Positions 9,222 through 18,149 of a DNA stretch of 64,000 bases are shown piece after piece. The stretch lies in contig JACPUC010000006.1 in NCBI GenBank assembly GCA_016192455.1, positions 62,001-126,000 of the forward strand, read 5' to 3'. The DNA is from Candidatus Tectimicrobiota bacterium (GTDB lineage: Bacteria; JACPUC01). Each line of letters opens with the position of its first letter. The stretch's first letter is position 1. The translations under genes and the position numbers were made by a program. Under the pieces are notes generated by a model. It was not told the origin of the DNA. It did no database searches and saw only the letters and a list, made by a program, of their open reading frames with translations.

Positions 9222-9656
9222 CTAATGATGTCCCGGCATTGTTATCATGGGTGCGATCCTGGTGCGCGACTCCTCCCGCGCCAGGGTGACGGCGCTACGC
9301 GCCGCCTCGGCCTCCCGTTTGGCCTCCGGCACGCGGGCGTGCGCCGCCGCGAGCTCCTGCCTGGCGGCGTGGACGAGGTGCTCGGCCCGGCGCAACTCGG
9401 CCTGCGCCACCTGCGAGTCGAGCTGGGCGATGAGCGCTCCCTCCTCGACCCGCGCCCCTTCCGCGACCAACAGGCTGGCGACGGCGCCGGCTACCTTGGC
9501 GGCGACGGCGGCCTGCTCCCCTTCGATGCGGCCGCTCGTCTCCAGGGTGCCGTCCAGGGCCGCCTTTGGGGGCCACAGAGAGTACCCCGCCGCGACGAGC
9601 GCCAGAGACGGAAGGATGAAGATCAGGAGTTTTCTTCGCAGCTTCATCGTCGCCAT
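9222..9656 (-). pseudogene. Truncated HlyD-family membrane-fusion protein (YbhG-like N-terminal part)
   Basis: TM anchor, LETSGRIEGE, lipoyl half-motif VAAKVAGAVASLLVAEGARVEEG, coiled coil; breaks off after RTRIA into unrelated sequence. Confidence 0.8.
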
Positions 9657-9716
9657 CGTCGAGTTGTGAATCCGAGGCGCGCCCGCACCATCGGTCGGAC
9701 GTGCGCCGGCCAGGCA

Positions 9717-10091
9717 TCAGCGGGCGATGAGCTTGCCGCGCAGCATCCCCATCTGGCAACTGAAGGGATACTCGCCCGGCTTGTCGATCTTGAACTCGAG
9801 GGTGACGTCCTCTCCTGGCGGCAGCGCGGCGCTCTTTTGGAAGTCGGGGAAGACGATCATCTCGGAGCAGGCGGCGGTCTCCTGGCGGGTGAACGTCAGG
9901 CGCACCGGACGGCCGGCTTGCACCATGATGAGGTCGGGGGTATAGCCGCCCTTCACGGTAACGCGCGCCTCCTGCACGCCGGAGGAAGCGACCGAGGCTT
10001 CCACGCCGCGCTTCTTTCCAAAGAAGAACCAGAGGATGAACCCCGAAACCGCCAACCCGGCGGCCGTGACGATCCAGGCCGCGGCATCCAT
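9717..10091 (-). CDS. Membrane-anchored cupredoxin-domain copper chaperone (CupA-like)
   Basis: N-terminal TM, VKGGYTP, CSE, FSCQMGMLRG; immediately downstream of copA. Confidence 0.9.
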   Translation of the reverse strand: MDAAAWIVTAAGLAVSGFILWFFFGKKRGVEASVASSGVQEARVTVKGGYTPDLIMVQAGRPVRLTFTRQETAACSEMIVFPDFQKSAALPPGEDVTLEFKIDKPGEYPFSCQMGMLRGKLIAR

Positions 10092-10093
10092 GC

Positions 10094-12727
10094 TTACACC
10101 TCCCGCATCGTGAACCGCCGCAGGCGATTGGCGTTGCTCACCACGGTGACGGAGCTGAACGCCATGGCCGCGCCGGCGATGATAGGAGAGAGGAGGAGAC
10201 CGAAGAAGGGGTAGAGCACCCCGGCCGCGATGGGGATGCCAAGGGCGTTGTAGATGAAGGCCCCGAACAGGTTCTGCTTGATGTTGCGCATCGTCGCCCG
10301 GGAGATGGCGATGGCGTGCACGACGCCGCGCAGGCTGCCCTTGATGAGGGTGATGTCCGCCGCTTCGATGGCCACGTCGGTGCCAGTGCCGATGGCCAAG
10401 CCTACGTCCGCCTGCGCCAGCGCCGGCGCATCGTTGATGCCGTCCCCCACCATCGCCACGACCTTCCCCTCGGCCTGCAGGAGGTGAACGTTCTGCGCCT
10501 TGTCCTCGGGCAGCACCTCGGCGAGCACGCGGTCGATCCGCACCTGCCGCCCGATGGCCGCCGCCGTGCGGGCGTTGTCGCCGGTGAGCATGATGACCTC
10601 GAGCCCCAGCCGCTTGAGGGCTTGGATCGCCGCCACGGAGTCCGCCTTCACGGTATCGGCGACGGCGATGATGCCCGCGGCGCGCCCGTCGATGGCGACG
10701 AACATGGGCGTCTTGCCGTCGTCGGCGAGTGCGGCGCTGGCCTCGGCGAGCGGTCCCGGCTCGATGCCGCGTTGGCGCAGGAGCTTTAGGTTGCCGAGAA
10801 GGACGTGGCGGCCCTGCACGCGCGCCTCGACGCCGTGCCCGGGGATGGCCTGGAACCCCTCCGCCGCCTCCAGGCTCAGGCCGCGCCCCTCGGCGCCCCG
10901 CACGATGGCCTCGCCGAGCGGGTGCTCGGAGCCGCGCTCGACCGAGGCGGCGAGGCGCAGCACCTCGTCGTCGGTGAATCCCTCGCTCACCCGCACATCG
11001 GTGAGCGACGGCTCGCCGACGGTGATGGTGCCGGTCTTGTCGAGGACCACGGCCCCGATGCGCTGGGCGGTCTCCAACGCCTCGCCGTTGCGGATCAGGA
11101 TGCCGTGTTCCGCGCCCTTGCCGATGCCGACCATGAGGGACATGGGGGTGGCGAGACCCAGGGCGCACGGGCAGGCGATGATGAGCACCGTGACCGCGGT
11201 GATGAGGGCGTAAACGACGCGGGGGGAGGGACCGAAGTCGAACCAGACAACGAACGTCAGGACGCCGATCACCATCACCACCGGCACGAAGTAGCCGGAG
11301 ATGACGTCCACGAGCCGGGCGATGGGGGCCTTCGAGCTTTGCGCTTCCTGGACCATCTTGACGATCTGCGCCAGCATGGTCTCCTTGCCCACCTTCGTCG
11401 CCTTGAACCGGAAGCTGCCGGTCTTGTTCAGGGTGGCGCCGATCACCTCGTCGCCAGCGTGCTTCTCGACCGGGATCGACTCGCCGGTGATCATCGACTC
11501 GTCGACGGTCGAGCTCCCCTCGATGACCTCGCCGTCGACCGGGACCTTCTGGCCGGGCCGCACGATAACCACGTCGCCGCGCAGCACCTCCTCGACCGGG
11601 ATGTCCTGTTCCCGCCCGTCCCGGAGCACCCGCGCGGTCTTGGCCTGCAGGCCGATGAGCTTCTGGATGGCCTCGCTGGTGCGGCCCTTGGCGCGCAGCT
11701 CGAGGGCCTGGCCGAGCACCACGAGGGCGATGACCACCGCCACCACGTCGTAGAACGGCTCCACGTTGCCTTCGGGGAAGATCGACGGCGCCAGCACCAC
11801 GACCGTCGAGTAGAGCCAGGCGGCCGAGGTGCCCAGGGCGATGAGGGTGTTCATGTTCGCGGAGCGGTGCCGCAGGGCGGCGACGGCGCCGGTGAAGAAA
11901 TGCTGGCCGGACCAGAAGAGCACCGGCAGCGTCAACAGCCCCAGGCCGCCCCAGATGAGGCGGATGCTGCTGAAGCTGAGGTCGCGGAGGCCTGGGAAGT
12001 AGGAGGGGTACCCGAGGATAATGACGGGGAGGCTGATCACGGCCGCGAACCAGAACTTCGCCAGCAGGCCGTGGTACTCTCGTTCGCGCGCCTCTTGCTC
12101 GCTCGGCGTCCCCGGCTCTTCCCCCTTCTTCGGACGATAGCCGTTGGCGGCGATCGCCGCCTCGATGGCTGCAACCGAGGTTTCGGCCGGCAGGTAGCTG
12201 ACGCGCGCCGTCTCCGTCGCCAGGTCAACCGTCGCTGCCAGCACGCCGCGCACCCGGCCCAGCGCCCCCTCCACCTTGGTCACGCAGGAGGCGCAGTGCA
12301 TCCCCGCAATGCCGACTGTGAGCTTCAGCACGCCTGTCTGGAACCCCTTGGCTTCGATGGCCTCGATGATGCGCGGGACCTCGATGCGGCTGGGGTCGTA
12401 GCGCACCGTCCCTTCGCCGGCGGCGTGGTTCACGTGCGCCGCCATCACCCCCGGCAGCGCCGCCACCGCCACGCGAATCGTCTCGGCGCAGTGGTGGCAG
12501 GTCATGCCGGAGATCGGCAGACGCAGTTCCTCGGCGGCATCGACCGCTGCAGGCTCCGCGGCCTGATGTTCGCCGCGAAGCGCCGCGGGGAGGTACTGCT
12601 GTGGAGCGGCGTCGAACCTCGCGGCGCAGGCGTCGCTGCAGAAGCAGAACGTGGCGCCGTCATACGACCGCGAGGCCGCCGCGGCCTCCTCATCTATCTC
12701 CATGCCGCACACGGGGTCTGTTGCCAT
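10094..12727 (-). CDS. copA: Cu(I)-translocating P1B-1 ATPase with YHS and two HMA domains
   Basis: DPVCGM/FCSDAC (YHS), GMTCHHC, GMHCASC, TGES, CPCALGL, DKTGT, SEHPL, GDGIND, YN and MAFSS; start at MATDPVCG. Confidence 0.97.
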   Translation of the reverse strand: MATDPVCGMEIDEEAAAASRSYDGATFCFCSDACAARFDAAPQQYLPAALRGEHQAAEPAAVDAAEELRLPISGMTCHHCAETIRVAVAALPGVMAAHVNHAAGEGTVRYDPSRIEVPRIIEAIEAKGFQTGVLKLTVGIAGMHCASCVTKVEGALGRVRGVLAATVDLATETARVSYLPAETSVAAIEAAIAANGYRPKKGEEPGTPSEQEAREREYHGLLAKFWFAAVISLPVIILGYPSYFPGLRDLSFSSIRLIWGGLGLLTLPVLFWSGQHFFTGAVAALRHRSANMNTLIALGTSAAWLYSTVVVLAPSIFPEGNVEPFYDVVAVVIALVVLGQALELRAKGRTSEAIQKLIGLQAKTARVLRDGREQDIPVEEVLRGDVVIVRPGQKVPVDGEVIEGSSTVDESMITGESIPVEKHAGDEVIGATLNKTGSFRFKATKVGKETMLAQIVKMVQEAQSSKAPIARLVDVISGYFVPVVMVIGVLTFVVWFDFGPSPRVVYALITAVTVLIIACPCALGLATPMSLMVGIGKGAEHGILIRNGEALETAQRIGAVVLDKTGTITVGEPSLTDVRVSEGFTDDEVLRLAASVERGSEHPLGEAIVRGAEGRGLSLEAAEGFQAIPGHGVEARVQGRHVLLGNLKLLRQRGIEPGPLAEASAALADDGKTPMFVAIDGRAAGIIAVADTVKADSVAAIQALKRLGLEVIMLTGDNARTAAAIGRQVRIDRVLAEVLPEDKAQNVHLLQAEGKVVAMVGDGINDAPALAQADVGLAIGTGTDVAIEAADITLIKGSLRGVVHAIAISRATMRNIKQNLFGAFIYNALGIPIAAGVLYPFFGLLLSPIIAGAAMAFSSVTVVSNANRLRRFTMREV

Positions 12728-12831
12728 GATTCCCATCCCTTGCTCTGCGATGGTAAGCGCGGCGCTGCCGCGATGGTGTGGTCTGCCTCGCCGCGCTCCG
12801 CTGCTGACCCCAAAGCGCTGGGGACCGGCGT

Positions 12832-13269
12832 TCACGCCTTGCGGGTGACCATCACCTGATCCCCGCGCAGGGCCACCTGGAGCTCCTCGAGGGGACGCGG
12901 CGGCGGGCCGCCCACGTTGCGTCCGAAGAGGTCGTAGTGGCCGTTGTGGCAGGCGCACCAGATGTGCGCAAGGTCCTCGCGGTACTGCACGGTGCAGGCG
13001 AGGTGCGTGCACACCGCGTTGAAGGCCCGCACCTCACCGCCGGGCGTCTTGATGACGATACCGGGAATGCTGCCAAAACGGAAGATCTTGCCGCTGTTCG
13101 GCTGGAGCTCGCCCGTTTTCGCGGCGACCACGGTGGGTTGCCCCGCCGACGCCAACTTTGGCGGCAGGAGGAAGCGGAACGCCGCCTGAAAGATGGTTCC
13201 CGCCCAAAGGAGGAACCCACCTCCCAGGAACAGATTGCTGAAAGTTCGCCGACTGAGGAGCCGTTTCAT
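12832..13269 (-). CDS. Rieske [2Fe-2S] protein (QcrA/PetC-like), Tat-type N-terminus
   Basis: RBS GGAGG; SRRTF plus TM; CTHLAC and [13 protein letters not shown]. Confidence 0.9.
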   Translation of the reverse strand: MKRLLSRRTFSNLFLGGGFLLWAGTIFQAAFRFLLPPKLASAGQPTVVAAKTGELQPNSGKIFRFGSIPGIVIKTPGGEVRAFNAVCTHLACTVQYREDLAHIWCACHNGHYDLFGRNVGGPPPRPLEELQVALRGDQVMVTRKA

Positions 13270-14488
13270 CGTCGTATCCTCCCAGCCACGCATGGCTACC
13301 GGACCCATTGCCAGGAAAGCTCAACCGCCGCGCCGGCCGCGTCCGCCGCGGTCGCATCCACTGGAGGAGGGCGCGGCCGGCCTGGCGTCGGAACTCGAGC
13401 CAGACCGCCCGGTACCGTTCATCGCCCCGCAGCACCGCCAGGGCGGACGCCCGTACCGCCTCGTTTTCGGTCAGCACTCGATACGCCAGCTTCGGGAACG
13501 AGTAGAAGAACGTTGCGACCCTCCGCGCCCAGGCGAGCTCGGGGCAGAGCTCGCGCCGCAGGGCAGCTTCGTAGCGCACAAGCGCGGCAGCGTCCTCGGT
13601 GGCGCCGAGGAGGCTGTCGGCTGCAAGCTGGCCGCTGCGCACGGCGTAGTAGATGCCCTCGCCGATGAATGGATCGACAAGCTCCGCCGCATCCCCGGTG
13701 AACAGGCAGCGCCGCGTGCCGAACTGGGCGCCCCTCCGCGGATGCAGTGGGATCGCCCAGCCTCCCCGGTTCCTGAGCAAGGAGGCGGCGGCGAGGCGCT
13801 CGCGCGAGACGTACGAGGTGTAGTAGGCTTTCAGACTGCCGATCCGCCCTTTCAGTCCCCCCACGCCGACCGACACATGGTCGGCCTTCGGGAAGACCCA
13901 GGCGCAGCCGAAGGGGATCGTGCCGAACTCGATCCGCACCTCGTCCCCCAGGGCACCGAGGCGCGGCTTGCCCACCGCCACCTCGCTCTCCAGAGCCAGG
14001 GCCACTTGGCGCTCCCGCCGCCGCCCGAGCTGCCGCGCCACCGTGCTGGCGGCGCCATCCGCCGCAATGAGGAAGCGCCCCTCGTAGTCGTGCCCGCGGG
14101 TGGTGACGACGATGGCATCCGCTGCTTCCCTCACGCGCAGGACGCGCTCCCCGGTGCGCGCCTCTCCGCCTCGCCGCAGGGCCGCCTCGAGGAGGTAGGC
14201 GTCGAAGCGTTCGCGCATTGTCATGTACCCAAGGGGACGCGCCGCGCGGAAGTGGAAAGAACGCTCTCCCCGGTAGCTGAGGGTCATGCCCCGCACCGTC
14301 CGCTCCACCACGGAGTGGAAACCGGGAGCCAGCACCTTGTCGAGTTTCAGGGAGAGGCAGCCGGCGCACACCTTGGGGCGCGGGAAATCAGCCTGATCAA
14401 GGCCGAGGACGCGCCATCCGGCCGCAGCCAAACTTTCCATGGCCGTTGATCCCGCTGGTCCGAGACCGACAATAATCGCGTCGTACAT
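13034..14488 (-). CDS. Geranylgeranyl-reductase-family FAD oxidoreductase
   Basis: YDAIIVGLGPAG, FPRPKVC, IAADGA, WVFPK, GDAA..VDPFIGEGI; the 3' extension overlaps the Rieske gene. Confidence 0.88.
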   Translation of the reverse strand: MYDAIIVGLGPAGSTAMESLAAAGWRVLGLDQADFPRPKVCAGCLSLKLDKVLAPGFHSVVERTVRGMTLSYRGERSFHFRAARPLGYMTMRERFDAYLLEAALRRGGEARTGERVLRVREAADAIVVTTRGHDYEGRFLIAADGAASTVARQLGRRRERQVALALESEVAVGKPRLGALGDEVRIEFGTIPFGCAWVFPKADHVSVGVGGLKGRIGSLKAYYTSYVSRERLAAASLLRNRGGWAIPLHPRRGAQFGTRRCLFTGDAAELVDPFIGEGIYYAVRSGQLAADSLLGATEDAAALVRYEAALRRELCPELAWARRVATFFYSFPKLAYRVLTENEAVRASALAVLRGDERYRAVWLEFRRQAGRALLQWMRPRRTRPARRLSFPGNGSGSHAWLGGYDDETAPQSANFQQSVPGRWVPPLGGNHLSGGVPLPPAAKVGVGGATHRGRRENGRAPAEQRQDLPFWQHSRYRHQDARR

Positions 14489-14539
14489 GGCTCGCTCCCG
14501 ACCCAGCGCGACGGCCGCCTGCCGCGCCGGGCGGCATCG

Positions 14540-15283
14540 CTACGGCTCGGCCTCCGTGGGTTGCCGAACCGGTGGAAGCAGGCCCGCCGGCGCCTGGCGT
14601 TCGCCTCGTCTCCTCGCCAGACGCGGCAACAGGAGGTAGCGCCAATCTCTCCCCCGCGGTATGAACATCGGCACTTGCTGCCGGTAGAGTGCGTAGTCCA
14701 GACCCCACTGCGCGGACAGGACCTGCTCCTCGCGCCGCGCCAAGCGGCAGTAGGCCCAGACGATCAGCGGCGCGAGGAGAACCGTCGGGATCGTGGGCCA
14801 GTGGATGACTTGGCCGAGGATCGCCAGGAAGATGCCGACATACTGCGGGTGTCGGACGATGCCGTAGAGTCCGGTCGTGGCGAGACGCTGTTCCTTGCGC
14901 GCCCGGTACACCTCCCGCCAGCCTTCGATGAGCAGCGAGAGGCCGGAGAAGACGAGGAGGTAGCCGACCATCATCTCGATGGAGATCATCAGGGGTCCCC
15001 AGCCGAAGAGGCTGGCCCACAGATGGCCGTTCTCGTGCAGCCAGGGGATGCGCAGGCCGAGCCACCCCGTCAGGAAGTAGATGGTCAAGGGGAAGCCGTA
15101 CATCTCGGCATAGAGCGCGATGATGAACGCCTGCACCAGGCCGGCGCGGCTCCACTCCCGCCAGCTCTTCGGCGCCACGAAGCGGTAGAGCACCCACGAG
15201 GCGATGACCACCATCACCAGCGTCAGCTCCCACACGCCTCCCAGCGGCAGACTTGCCTCAAACCCGATCGGTGCCTCTTCCAT
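14540..15283 (-). CDS. Isoprenylcysteine carboxylmethyltransferase (ICMT/PEMT)-family membrane protein
   Basis: EMYGFPLTIY, TTGLYGIVRHPQY, REE...Y..Y...VPMFIP; family common in copper clusters. Confidence 0.9.
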   Translation of the reverse strand: MEEAPIGFEASLPLGGVWELTLVMVVIASWVLYRFVAPKSWREWSRAGLVQAFIIALYAEMYGFPLTIYFLTGWLGLRIPWLHENGHLWASLFGWGPLMISIEMMVGYLLVFSGLSLLIEGWREVYRARKEQRLATTGLYGIVRHPQYVGIFLAILGQVIHWPTIPTVLLAPLIVWAYCRLARREEQVLSAQWGLDYALYRQQVPMFIPRGRDWRYLLLPRLARRRGERQAPAGLLPPVRQPTEAEP

Positions 15284-15542
15284 TGCTGTTCGGTACCATG
15301 AGGAAAAGGGTCAGTCCCGGTTGTGGTTTCCTCGCGCCGCCAACCAGGGCAGCCGGCACGCGGCCGGAGGTCCTGCTCGCCGCCCGCGGCTCGCGGCCAC
15401 CGCAGCGGCCTCTCCTGAATGCTCAAGGACTCTCCACGACTATCCCTCTCACGGCCCGGGAAAGCTGCCGCGTCATGCATCGAAGTCCTTCAACTTGCGC
15501 GGCGGAGCTGACAGCCCAGCCTCGGCAGCGTTCTTAGCGATC

Positions 15543-15854
15543 TCAGGGCCGCAGCCCTGGCTGCCGGAGGAGCACCAGGATCTCCTCGACCTTGTCGCGC
15601 TGCGCCTCGCTGCCGCCGCTGCGCAGGGCCTCCGCCACGCAGGTGAGGAGGTGGCGGCGCAGCAGCAGCTCCTCCACCTTGCCGATGGCGGCTGCCGCGG
15701 AGCGAAGCTGCGCCAGAACTTCCATGCAGTAGCGCTCCGTGGCAACCATTTGCTGGATGCCCCGGAGTTGCCCCTCGATGCGCTTCAGGCGCATGATGAC
15801 ATCGCTTTGCGCTCCGCGATCCGCAATCACCCCCGTGGCCGGCGCCGGTGTCAT
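15543..15854 (-). CDS. csoR: CsoR/RcnR-family metal-sensing repressor
   Basis: RLKRIEGQLRGI, RYC..VL.Q, HLLTC (Cys-His-Cys Cu(I) fingerprint). Confidence 0.92.
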   Translation of the reverse strand: MTPAPATGVIADRGAQSDVIMRLKRIEGQLRGIQQMVATERYCMEVLAQLRSAAAAIGKVEELLLRRHLLTCVAEALRSGGSEAQRDKVEEILVLLRQPGLRP

Positions 15855-15903
15855 GGTTCCCTCCGCGAATCGACGATGGGCCGCGGCTTCTTGCTGAAAC
15901 CCC

Positions 15904-16965
15904 TCACAACGCTCCCTGGCCGAACGAGATGCTGTGCGGCCCCGGCCAGAGGGGGAGGCTGGTGGTGACGGCCTCGCGCTCGGGATCGATGATGACGAGC
16001 CGGTTCGAGCCGGTATTCACCGTGAGGTACATCAGCCCATCCGGACCAACGGCGAGGTGCTCCGGTTGCTGGCCGACCTCGAGGCGCCGGCGCACCTCCA
16101 GCGTGGTGGCGTCGATGACGGTCAGGAACGTCGAACCGCGCACGCCGACGTACACCTTCCCGCCATCCCGCGTCACCGCAACGGCATGCGGCGCCTTCCC
16201 CACCGTGATCTTTGCCAGGCGCCTCTTCGCCACCACATCGAGCACGGTAAGGGTGTCATCCTGCTCATCCGTGACGTACAGCCGCGTGCCGTCCGGGCTC
16301 ACCGCCACGTGGCCCATCATCGAGCGACCGACCGGCAGGACGGCCACCTCCTTCGCCGTAACGGGATCAACCACGGAGAGGGTCGTCCCCATGTTGAGGA
16401 CGTAGAGCGCCCGCCCATCCGGAGCAAACTCCAGGTGAAAGGGTGGCTCGGTGAGGCGAATCGTGCGCACGATGCGCTGCGTCGCGGTATCCAGGACGAG
16501 CAACTGCTTGGCCGCCACGTAGAGGAGCTTCCCATCAGGGCTGACCGCCATGTGATGGGAGATGTCTCCGACATCGAGGGTGCGGACGACGCGGCGGGCG
16601 GCGAGATCAACGATGGAGATGACCTTGCCGCCCATGTTCGCCGTGTAGAGGAAGCGCCCATCCGGGGTGACCGCCCCGCCGTGGGGGGCGCCCTCCACCG
16701 GAATCGTGGCGCGCACGGCGCCTTGCGCCAGATCGATGACCGCCACATTCCGCGCGTCGCCCATCGGGATGAAGGCGAGCGTCGAGCCTTGATTGGAGCG
16801 CGGCGTTTCTGCGGCCAGGCGCCCCTGGCTGCCGTTCTCCTCGCCGCCCGCCTCGGCGGCGGCAGGGAGGCTGAAGAGAAGCAGCCCGGCAAGGAGCAGA
16901 ACGGGGGACAGCGAGACGGTGGTGCGTAGCGGAAGTTTCGTGATCACGAAGGCACTCCTTCTCAT
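15904..16965 (-). CDS. Exported YVTN/YncE-type beta-propeller protein
   Basis: Signal peptide; repeated H..A.[ST]PDG..LY blades, with His at the start of most blades. Confidence 0.85.
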   Translation of the reverse strand: MRRSAFVITKLPLRTTVSLSPVLLLAGLLLFSLPAAAEAGGEENGSQGRLAAETPRSNQGSTLAFIPMGDARNVAVIDLAQGAVRATIPVEGAPHGGAVTPDGRFLYTANMGGKVISIVDLAARRVVRTLDVGDISHHMAVSPDGKLLYVAAKQLLVLDTATQRIVRTIRLTEPPFHLEFAPDGRALYVLNMGTTLSVVDPVTAKEVAVLPVGRSMMGHVAVSPDGTRLYVTDEQDDTLTVLDVVAKRRLAKITVGKAPHAVAVTRDGGKVYVGVRGSTFLTVIDATTLEVRRRLEVGQQPEHLAVGPDGLMYLTVNTGSNRLVIIDPEREAVTTSLPLWPGPHSISFGQGAL

Positions 16966-17040
16966 CAGAAAGACGCGGAGAGGAGGGCGGCACGGCGGCT
17001 TGCGCGCGGGAGGGCGCAGATTTCGCCGCCTGCTTCCGCC

Positions 17041-17331
17041 TCAACTGCGAACGATCGGCTTCTGGCCGTCCAGCTCCTCGGCAGGCGCCGGCGAAGCACT
17101 CAGGCGCTTCCCCCCTTCGTCCACCTGAGGAACCTCCGCCGCCGGCTTGGCGCCCCCGCAGCAGCTCGACGCCGCGACCCGCGGAGCGCCTTCTGATCCC
17201 TGCGTGTCATGGTGGTGCTGCCCCTCCCCATGCTTGCCGCCGTGGCTGTGGCTGCCGCATCCCATGCCAAACCTGTGCATGAGGAACATGAGTCCACCAA
17301 AGAGAAGCAACGGGATGAGGTATTCGAACAT
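17041..17331 (-). CDS. Small membrane protein with His/Cys-rich tail (DUF2933-like)
   Basis: RBS AGGAG; TM followed by MH.FGMGCGSHSHGGKH..HHH and a CC pair. Confidence 0.75.
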   Translation of the reverse strand: MFEYLIPLLLFGGLMFLMHRFGMGCGSHSHGGKHGEGQHHHDTQGSEGAPRVAASSCCGGAKPAAEVPQVDEGGKRLSASPAPAEELDGQKPIVRS

Positions 17332-17646
17332 TCAAGCATCTCCTGCGCGGCGCTGGGCCGCGATATGAGGTGCTGGGGAGTGCATGCCTCCGCGCCGCCA
17401 CGCGCTTGCTTTGCTGGCGCGGCGCCTGGCAGTCACGCCCCGGTAGGACTCCGGCATGGGCACCGGCCTCGCCTCCGACCACGAGCGCCATGCTGCGCCG
17501 CCGAACCCGGCACCTTCCAGGGTGAGCAGGGTGCGACTACGCGATGGACACCTTCGCCGAGGCTCGATGCACATCAGCACGCCGACCTGGGAGGGATGAC
17601 GCCGATTCCCAGCCGGAAGTCCCGCAACGAAGGGGCGAGAAGGGTG

Positions 17647-17925
17647 CTACCCGCGCGGAGGGTGGAAGCGCTTGCCGAGCGCGAGTCGAGAAGGCAGGCT
17701 GAATCGAGGCAGAGCCAGGAGGGAGAGGAAGACGAGCGTCGCCACCGGGGTCCAGCCGAGGAGGGCCAACGGGCAGCCTTGCGGGGCGCGCGCCGTGCAC
17801 AGGCTGTCGTGCTGCGCGCCGAGGCCGACGACGAAGAGGAGCGCCAGGGTGAGGAGCGCCATGACCGTGACGGCCGCCGCGGGGTTACGCCAACCGATTG
17901 TCACACGCGCGAACGTGCGCCGCAT
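17647..17925 (-). CDS. Putative leader/arrest-peptide-like ORF (DUF2946-like architecture)
   Basis: First ORF after the promoter; hydrophobic N-segment, CTARAPQGC, C-terminal FHPPRG. Confidence 0.55.
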   Translation of the reverse strand: MRRTFARVTIGWRNPAAAVTVMALLTLALLFVVGLGAQHDSLCTARAPQGCPLALLGWTPVATLVFLSLLALPRFSLPSRLALGKRFHPPRG

Positions 17926-17966
17926 GATCCTACCCGCTCGCCGTCAACCGAAAGGGCCGAATGGGG

Positions 17967-18016
17967 TACCCCCCCATGGTATAATCTACTATGCGACCTC
18001 GCCGCAGCGAGTGCAA
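17967..18016 (-). promoter_or_regulatory. Copper-operon promoter with CsoR-type operator
   Basis: Minus strand TTGCAC-17 nt-CATAGT; TACCCCCCCATGGTAT (TACC-C tract-GGTA) at 17967-17982 overlaps the predicted start site. Confidence 0.7.
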
Positions 18017-18149
18017 GGGAAATCCGCGAGGGCTGCTTGCGCTCGTGATTCCCAGGGACCTCCGTCAGAGCCGACAGGACTTGGCGGTCATGGGTCCGGG
18101 GGGAGCGAAGCGGCGGGCGGCCTGGCGGCTACCGTCGCCGCCCCGCGTC

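Noticed and set aside
10805-12859. 684-aa plus-strand ORF, and similar long ORFs at 26557-28416, 29957-32182, 32107-34470, 47391-49595 and 60000-62270
   Set aside because: Antisense shadows of well-supported genes, expected at this GC content.
17332-17580. 82-aa ORF between the leader and the DUF2933-like gene
   Set aside because: No motif, R/A-rich composition; treated as spacer.
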